A DNA stretch of 32,000 nucleotides from Psychrobacter sp. DM4 (lineage in GTDB: Bacteria > Pseudomonadota > Gammaproteobacteria > Pseudomonadales > Moraxellaceae): positions 1,020,001 through 1,052,000 of the forward strand of contig NZ_CP195536.1 in assembly GCF_051307035.1 (NCBI RefSeq). The letters run 5' to 3'. Made by a program: the position numbers and the translations under genes. The notes beneath the pieces are model-generated. The model saw only the letters and a list, made by a program, of their open reading frames with translations. It was not told the DNA's origin and made no database searches. The stretch's first letter is position 1; every line of letters starts with the position of its first letter. Positions 27,069 through 32,000 of the stretch are shown in pieces.

Positions 27069-27713
27069 TTAACTCACTAACAGAGTAACGAGTAATATGA
27101 CAGCGATAATTGCGGCAATAATTGTAGCAACGGTTAACATCTTTTGCTTACTTTGCAATTCTTTTGCGGTGGTCTCAAGCTCACGGTTTTTGATCGTCAA
27201 AGTATTTATTTGGGTTTGCTGCTCTTTAATGCGTAGTTTGTAATCGTCTCTTTTTTGATCAAGCTCAGTCTCGTTAGGCTTAGACTTGCTTTTATCTCCC
27301 TTAAATTTTTTGATAAGACTTTGAATCAAACTACCAAGTCCTAGCTGCATAATAAACTGCTTAACCAGTTTGACTTGAATCGCTTCACCGCGCATCTGTA
27401 ATTTGTCAGTGGTGGCGCTATCATGAGTAGTCATGGCATTAATGACTTGCACGCTATACGCGTTAATGATGACATCAGGTTCAGTACGTCCAATTGGTAG
27501 GTTGGCATCCAGCAACACGCCTTTATTACTGAATGTAGCGTAGACTTCGACATGAGGCAGATACAAGCGCAAACACACCACTGTCTCTTGCTTAGCTAAG
27601 GGGTAAGCAGCTTTGCGTAGCTCTGGATCTAAACGAAGTAGTAAAGTCAGGGACGACTCCACAAAAACCAAAACAACATTAAGAAAAGAGTGAGATAAAG
27701 TAGAACGCTTCAT
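27069..27713 (-). CDS. SCP2/UbiJ-like domain protein with coiled coil and C-terminal transmembrane anchor
   Basis: The N-terminal ~125 aa follow the UbiJ/SCP2 pattern (LNVVLVFVESSL..., DVIINAYSVQVINAM, LQMRGEAIQVKLVKQFIMQL versus E. coli UbiJ DCTVIAYASVLPKL, LEVQGDIQVVQNFVAL). A lysine-rich linker follows, then a heptad-like segment (DYKLRIKEQQTQINTLTIKNRELETTAKELQSKQK) and a terminal hydrophobic helix (LTVATIIAAIIAVILLVTLLVS). The family call rests on pattern recognition only. Confidence 0.45.
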   Translation of the reverse strand: MKRSTLSHSFLNVVLVFVESSLTLLLRLDPELRKAAYPLAKQETVVCLRLYLPHVEVYATFSNKGVLLDANLPIGRTEPDVIINAYSVQVINAMTTHDSATTDKLQMRGEAIQVKLVKQFIMQLGLGSLIQSLIKKFKGDKSKSKPNETELDQKRDDYKLRIKEQQTQINTLTIKNRELETTAKELQSKQKMLTVATIIAAIIAVILLVTLLVS

Positions 27714-27783
27714 GTAAGTAATCCAGTTTGGTTCAACGAGTTAAAGATAATAAATGCGTCTTTTGCCTAACGCAGTGCTTCAT

Positions 27784-27834
27784 GATTATAGAGCAATTTT
27801 TTTAGTATAGAGTAATTTTGACACAGAGCAATTT
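27784..27834 (-). promoter_or_regulatory. Candidate promoter (-10 TATAAT) preceded by three direct repeats AAAATT[G/A]CTCT
   Basis: On the minus strand, TATAAT lies at 27789-27784, about 70 nt upstream of the ATG at 27713. Plus-strand repeats AGAGCAATTTT (27789-27799), AGAGTAATTTT (27808-27818) and AGAGCAATTTT (27824-27834) cover the -35 and upstream region. Confidence 0.4.
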
Positions 27835-28209
27835 TGAACAGCTAAACGCTCATAGTACCGTTTTTATTTTAAAAAGTAACGTTAGTTTCTATATCTTAGT
27901 GAGAACTTGACAGGTCGTTAGTCAGCATCATCACTATAAAGCTATAACGTATAGCCCAAAACGTGAGCGATGATAATATTTATGATGACAAAACTCAAAG
28001 TCAATGACTACGTAAAATAGGGATTTTTGTATACCAGTAAAGAAATACATATGTTTTGCGTAATGATAGGTGTCAAATACGTAGTTCCGCATACAAATAA
28101 ATGTAAAATGACTTGCGCTCCTTTAGTACCCTTGCTATAAAGATGCTAGCAAGCCGTGACCTGTTAGTACGTAAGCCTATAAATGTTACTGCTCAAATAG
28201 CATGAGCTC

Positions 28210-28238
28210 GTTGCTAAAATAACATGAGAGCGATACAA
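28210..28238 (+). promoter_or_regulatory. Candidate sigma70 promoter for hupB
   Basis: TTGCTA (28210-28215), a 17-nt spacer, then TACAAT (28233-28238), about 48 nt upstream of the hupB ATG. A second candidate lies further upstream: TTGCGC-17-TATAAA at 28112-28140. Confidence 0.35.
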
Positions 28239-28286
28239 TGTCTGGTGTTAGCGTTTTTTATACTCCCTAAACTTGAAGGAAACTTT

Positions 28287-28559
28287 ATGAATAAGTCAGA
28301 ATTAATTGATAGCATTGCTGAAAAAAGTGGTCTAAATAAAACTCAAGCTGGTGATGCACTAAACGCTGTTATGGAAAGCATCGGTGGCGCTTTAGAGTCT
28401 GGTGATAGTATTTCACTAGTCGGTTTCGGTACTTTTAGCGTGAAAGATCGCAAAGCCCGTACTGGCCGTAATCCTAAGACTGGCGCAGAGCTGAAGATTC
28501 CAGCAAGCAAGGTCCCAAGCTTCAAAGCAGGTAAAAACTTAAAAGAGCGCTTGAACTAA
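28287..28559 (+). CDS. hupB: DNA-binding protein HU (beta-type by synteny with ppiD)
   Basis: A 90-aa DNABII protein: MNKSELIDSIAEKSGLNKTQAGDALNAV...GFGTFSVKDRKARTGRNPKTGAELKIPASKVPSFKAGK. GAAGGA SD before ATG 28287. The upstream part of the ORF (from 28224) is not protein-like. Confidence 0.93.
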   Translation: MNKSELIDSIAEKSGLNKTQAGDALNAVMESIGGALESGDSISLVGFGTFSVKDRKARTGRNPKTGAELKIPASKVPSFKAGKNLKERLN

Positions 28560-28605
28560 GCCGCCAATAGATCTAAAAACCCATATACTCTGAGCTACAC
28601 TAATT

Positions 28606-28631
28606 AAGCACCTTTATAGGGTGCTTTTTTG
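28606..28631 (+). terminator. Rho-independent terminator after hupB
   Basis: AAGCACC-tttatag-GGTGCTT followed by TTTTT. Confidence 0.7.
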
Positions 28632-28863
28632 TGGCTCAAAACTTCCAGTGCCAGCTTAGCGTGCGAATGTTTTGAGTCTATCTCAAAAATCACGTATTAT
28701 AGGGCGCTCGCTACATATCTTACTCCTAGCAAGGTAGTAATGTGCCACTTGGCTCTACCTTTAATACTATATTTTACGATAACGTCTATTAAGCTGCCAT
28801 TGCTCGCTATAGTAAGTCCTTGTTCTAGCGCGATGGTTCTTTATTAATAAAACAGAGATAACT

Positions 28864-30738
28864 ATGGATAAATTGCGCGATTTTTTAAAAACCTGGCCAG
28901 GTCGCATTTTATTGGTTTTATGCTTATCGCCCCTTGCGCTCCTAGGTATCGAAAGCTATTTTGGCGGCTCCGTGGACCCCAACCAAATCGCGCAAGTGGG
29001 TGAGGCGAGTGTGGGGCTATCTGAGTATCAAACGGCAGTCAATAGCCGTCGTAGTGAGATATTAGATCAGCTTGATGATGCAAGCTTACTCAACGAAGAT
29101 GTATTGCATGAGCAGGTATTGCGAGGTCTTATTGATCGTACGCTTTTGGAGCAGCAGGCCGGTAAATTGGGTATGACGGTGTCTGATGACACTATCAATC
29201 GTCTATTGCGTCAAGAAGACATTTTTCAGGACGCTGAAGGTAACTTCTCTAACGATCAGTTTTCAAACTTTTTGCGTCAGCGCGGGATGACAAAGGATCA
29301 GCTATTCGCTGAGTTTCGTAATCAGTTAAGCCTAGATCAGCTTAATGCAAGTATCGTAGGAACCTCTATTTATCCAATGAAAGCAGTCAATCAACTGATA
29401 GACCTACAATTGGAGTCGCGTAACATCTGGTTGCATCGTTTTAACTGGCAAGACTATCAGGACCAAGTCAAGCTGACTAAAAGTGATATAGAAAGTTATT
29501 ATAATACCAATAAAGAGGCGCTAAAAAGTGCGGCTATGATAGATCTGGCTTATATTCAGCTAAGTCCACAAACTATCACAGTAGCTGATATCACAGATGA
29601 TGAGCTAAAGCAGCAATACGAAGGCTACAAGCAAGAGATGGCTGTGGTCGACGAGCGCCAAATAAGCCAAATTTTGATCAGTGGTGATAATGCTAAAGCG
29701 CGGGCGGACAAGGTTGCAGCACGTCTAAATAAAGGGGAGTCTTTTGCCAGTCTTGCAAAAACAGAGTCTGATGATCCAACAGGAGCGACAGGCGGCGCTA
29801 TTGGGAGCTTTAACCCTTCGGTATTTGGTAGTGATGCTCAGGTAGTCGAAGAGGCACTACAGGGTCTTAGCGTTGGGGACACAACGGCACCTATCAAAAC
29901 CAGTTTTGGTTATCAGATATTTACTATCACTGAGGACAATGGTACTAAATTGCCAAGCTTAGAGAGCATGCGTGTGGAATTAACGGCCAAGGCAAAAGAG
30001 TATAAACGTCAAGAGATCTATGCCGATAAAGTCACTGCTATTAACGATTTGGCAGCGGACGGCTTTAGTATTGAGGACATCGCTCAACAAGAAAACGTCG
30101 CCCTAAAACGCTTAAAGGACTACCGTAAAGAAAACAATACTTCAGTACTTGCGCAGCCTGCTGTCATCAAAGAAGCTTTTGATGAGTTTACGATTCAAGA
30201 CCAAGCAGTGACCTCGGGAATAGAGGTCGGTAATGGCACAGTATGGGCACAACCAAGCAATTATCGCCCGACTAAAACATTGACGCTTAACGCTGCCACG
30301 CCACAAATCACTCAACTGCTGCGTAAACAGAAAGCTACTGATATAGCATTAAAACAGGCTAAGCAAGTTGCTACAGGTATCAAGACATTAGCAGATATCA
30401 ATAACCAAGCCGTCAATTTTCAGGTGTTAGCTGATGTCAATCGTCAGACCAGTCAGTTAACTGAAAAAGAGCGCGGTATGGCCTTTAGTCAGCAAGCTGA
30501 CGACAAGGGTATAGTGGCTTTGGCAGGCGCGACTGAAGTAGGCGCAACTGTAATCGTTGGTGACCGTATTAAAACCCAGCAACAATCTCGATTATCTGAT
30601 GTCGAAAAATCGCAAACCGCAGGCATTATTCGTGATAACTTGGGACAAGATCAATTGCAGGACTATCTAGATTATCTACGTCTGCTCTATAACGTTGAAA
30701 TAAATGAAGCTAATATGGCAGGTGCTCGAGATCGTTAG
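28864..30738 (+). CDS. ppiD: Periplasmic chaperone / peptidyl-prolyl isomerase PpiD
   Basis: 624 aa with an N-terminal signal-anchor helix (ILLVLCLSPLALLGI), SurA-like N region, a central parvulin-like domain (ISQILISGDN...GAIGSFN...FGYQIFTI) and conserved hupB-ppiD synteny. Confidence 0.9.
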   Translation: MDKLRDFLKTWPGRILLVLCLSPLALLGIESYFGGSVDPNQIAQVGEASVGLSEYQTAVNSRRSEILDQLDDASLLNEDVLHEQVLRGLIDRTLLEQQAGKLGMTVSDDTINRLLRQEDIFQDAEGNFSNDQFSNFLRQRGMTKDQLFAEFRNQLSLDQLNASIVGTSIYPMKAVNQLIDLQLESRNIWLHRFNWQDYQDQVKLTKSDIESYYNTNKEALKSAAMIDLAYIQLSPQTITVADITDDELKQQYEGYKQEMAVVDERQISQILISGDNAKARADKVAARLNKGESFASLAKTESDDPTGATGGAIGSFNPSVFGSDAQVVEEALQGLSVGDTTAPIKTSFGYQIFTITEDNGTKLPSLESMRVELTAKAKEYKRQEIYADKVTAINDLAADGFSIEDIAQQENVALKRLKDYRKENNTSVLAQPAVIKEAFDEFTIQDQAVTSGIEVGNGTVWAQPSNYRPTKTLTLNAATPQITQLLRKQKATDIALKQAKQVATGIKTLADINNQAVNFQVLADVNRQTSQLTEKERGMAFSQQADDKGIVALAGATEVGATVIVGDRIKTQQQSRLSDVEKSQTAGIIRDNLGQDQLQDYLDYLRLLYNVEINEANMAGARDR

Positions 30739-30785
30739 TCACTACTAACCTGACTTTAAATATATAAGAAATAAACTCTAAGAAC

Positions 30786-30821
30786 AAAAAAAGCCACTAT
30801 TTATATGTAGTGGCTTTTTTT
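30786..30821. terminator. Bidirectional terminator between ppiD (+) and purH (-)
   Basis: AAAAAAA-AGCCACTA-tttatatg-TAGTGGCT-TTTTTT. Confidence 0.85.
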
Positions 30822-30849
30822 GCTAGAAACCTTAGGTATAGACGTGTTA

Positions 30850-32000
30850 TTAGTGGCGGAAATGACGCATACCCGTGAATACCATAGCAATACCGTGCTC
30901 ATTGGCTGCCGCTATCGTCTCATTATCTCTCATAGAACCGCCAGGCTGAATGATGGCAGAGATGCCCACCTCTGCTGCATTGTCGATGCCATCACGAAAC
31001 GGGAAGAACGCGTCGGAGGCCATCACAGCGCCTGCGGTGATAAGACCTGCATGTTCTGCTTTTATAGCGGCGATACGAGCAGAATTAACACGGCTCATCT
31101 GACCTGCACCTACGCCGATGGTGCGCAGGTTTTTGCCATAAACAATAGCGTTTGATTTGACATATTTGGCGACTGTCCAAGTAAATAGAAGATCAGCGAT
31201 TTGAGCTTCGGTAGGCTGTACGTCAGTGACCAGTTGGAGCTCGCCTGCACTGATGATACCTGAGTCCTGCTCTTGTACTAACAGGCCGCCGTTCACGCGC
31301 TTATAGTCAAGCTGTGTGCTCAAAGCGTCTGCTGCTTGTAGCGGACCGCAAACCATAACACGGACATTTTTCTTGCTAGCTGTAGCTTGTAGTACGCCAT
31401 CTTCAATACTAGGAGCGATAATCACTTCTACAAACTGATTATCGATAATTGCTTTTGCAGCAGCTACTGTCAGTTCACGATTAAAGGCAATGATGCCGCC
31501 AAAAGAGGACTCAGGATCAGTGCTAAAAGCCGTACGGTAGGCTGCTACTTGATCGTGATCGACAGCGACGCCGCAAGGATTAGCATGTTTGACGATAACG
31601 CAGGCCGGCGTGCTAAAGGCTCTGACGCATTCGAGTGCAGCATCGGTATCAGCGATATTATTATAAGACAAGGCCTTGCCTTGTAGCTGCTTAGCAGTAG
31701 CAATAGAGGCTTTTACAGCGCTCTTGTCAGATGAGTGCTCTTCGATATAGAACGCCGCTTTTTGATGTGGGTTTTCACCGTAACGCAAGTCTTGTGCTTT
31801 ATTGAGTTGCAAATTTAACGTACGTGCAAAAGTCTCAGGCTCTTGATGCTCATTTATTCGGCTGCCCAAAAAGTTAGCTATCATGCCGTCATATTGTGCG
31901 GTATGCTCAAAGGCTTTTACCGCCAAATCATATCGTAGTGTAGAGGTAAGCTCAGTGTTATCACCCAAAGCGTCAAGGACGCGGTCGTAGTCTGCTGGAT
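30850..32000 (-). CDS. purH: Bifunctional AICAR transformylase / IMP cyclohydrolase PurH, C-terminal ~380 aa (5' end beyond right window edge)
   Basis: The C-terminus [30 protein letters not shown] is the PurH signature. The frame stays open upstream of the tracked TTG at 31968 through nt 32000 (...[17 protein letters not shown]...), so the gene continues outside the window. Confidence 0.95.
   Translation of the reverse strand, partial: PADYDRVLDALGDNTELTSTLRYDLAVKAFEHTAQYDGMIANFLGSRINEHQEPETFARTLNLQLNKAQDLRYGENPHQKAAFYIEEHSSDKSAVKASIATAKQLQGKALSYNNIADTDAALECVRAFSTPACVIVKHANPCGVAVDHDQVAAYRTAFSTDPESSFGGIIAFNRELTVAAAKAIIDNQFVEVIIAPSIEDGVLQATASKKNVRVMVCGPLQAADALSTQLDYKRVNGGLLVQEQDSGIISAGELQLVTDVQPTEAQIADLLFTWTVAKYVKSNAIVYGKNLRTIGVGAGQMSRVNSARIAAIKAEHAGLITAGAVMASDAFFPFRDGIDNAAEVGISAIIQPGGSMRDNETIAAANEHGIAMVFTGMRHFRH

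Noticed and set aside
28635-28689. Three-segment alternative-pairing arrangement (CTCAAAAC / GTTTTGAG / CTCAAAAA) resembling an attenuator upstream of ppiD
   Set aside because: Stems of 7-8 bp with loops up to ~30 nt are expected many times by chance in 32 kb. No U-tract or leader peptide accompanies them.
28629-28847. Full 72-aa ORF in the hupB-ppiD spacer
   Set aside because: Its TTG start lies inside the U-tract of the hupB terminator with no SD. One ORF of this size among ~4.5 kb of AT-rich intergenic DNA is about what chance predicts. Only the SD-preceded internal 35-codon part is kept, as a weak finding.
30820-31155. 111-aa plus-strand ORF overlapping the purH 3' end
   Set aside because: It is antisense to the highly conserved PurH C-terminus. 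It begins within the ppiD/purH bidirectional terminator region and has no SD.
1-32000. Window-wide search by eye for tRNA T-loop signatures (GGTTCGA-type), CRISPR-like regularly spaced repeats, IS terminal inverted repeats or transposase/integrase ORFs, DnaA-box clusters and phage genes
   Set aside because: None were found. All repeats seen are micro-repeats of 15 bp or less, and every ORF over 100 aa outside known genes is an antisense or alternative-frame artefact.

Overview
This window reads as an ordinary core-chromosome segment of a moderately AT-rich gammaproteobacterium. Gene content, synteny and protein style suggest Moraxellaceae, possibly Psychrobacter-like, but that is inference only. 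Nearly all large ORFs are recognisable housekeeping genes. In order they are: an unknown gene tail, clpS, clpA, ung-tadA (1-nt overlap), cmk-rpsA-ihfB-lapA-like-pyrF, a metallophosphoesterase, a histidine-phosphatase-family gene, rpsT (-), a yraR-like NAD(P)H-binding gene, rraA, mfd, a HIT-family gene and a membrane-anchored class III nucleotidyl cyclase. These are followed by a complete minus-strand ISC operon (iscR-iscS-iscU-iscA-hscB-hscA-fdx), an SCP2/UbiJ-like tail-anchored gene (-), hupB-ppiD, and the 3' part of purH (-), which runs off the right edge. Most convergent or terminal gene ends carry clear rho-independent terminators. I found no tRNA/rRNA genes, CRISPR array, IS/transposase/integrase, phage genes or recognisable defence island, and I cannot support a claim that a new multi-gene system is present. 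The observations worth a second look are all modest. (1) An unusually long 549-nt pyrimidine-skewed clpS-clpA spacer. (2) A roughly 60-aa acidic insertion in ClpA. (3) An orphan 6-TM class III cyclase. (4) A UbiJ/SCP2-like protein with a coiled coil and C-terminal TM anchor, preceded by a triple direct repeat. (5) An ISC operon with an iscR/iscS ATGA overlap, long structured internal spacers and a clear IscR box over its -35 element. (6) Several exact or near-exact micro-repeats. All coordinates of small elements were derived by hand and may be off by a base or two.
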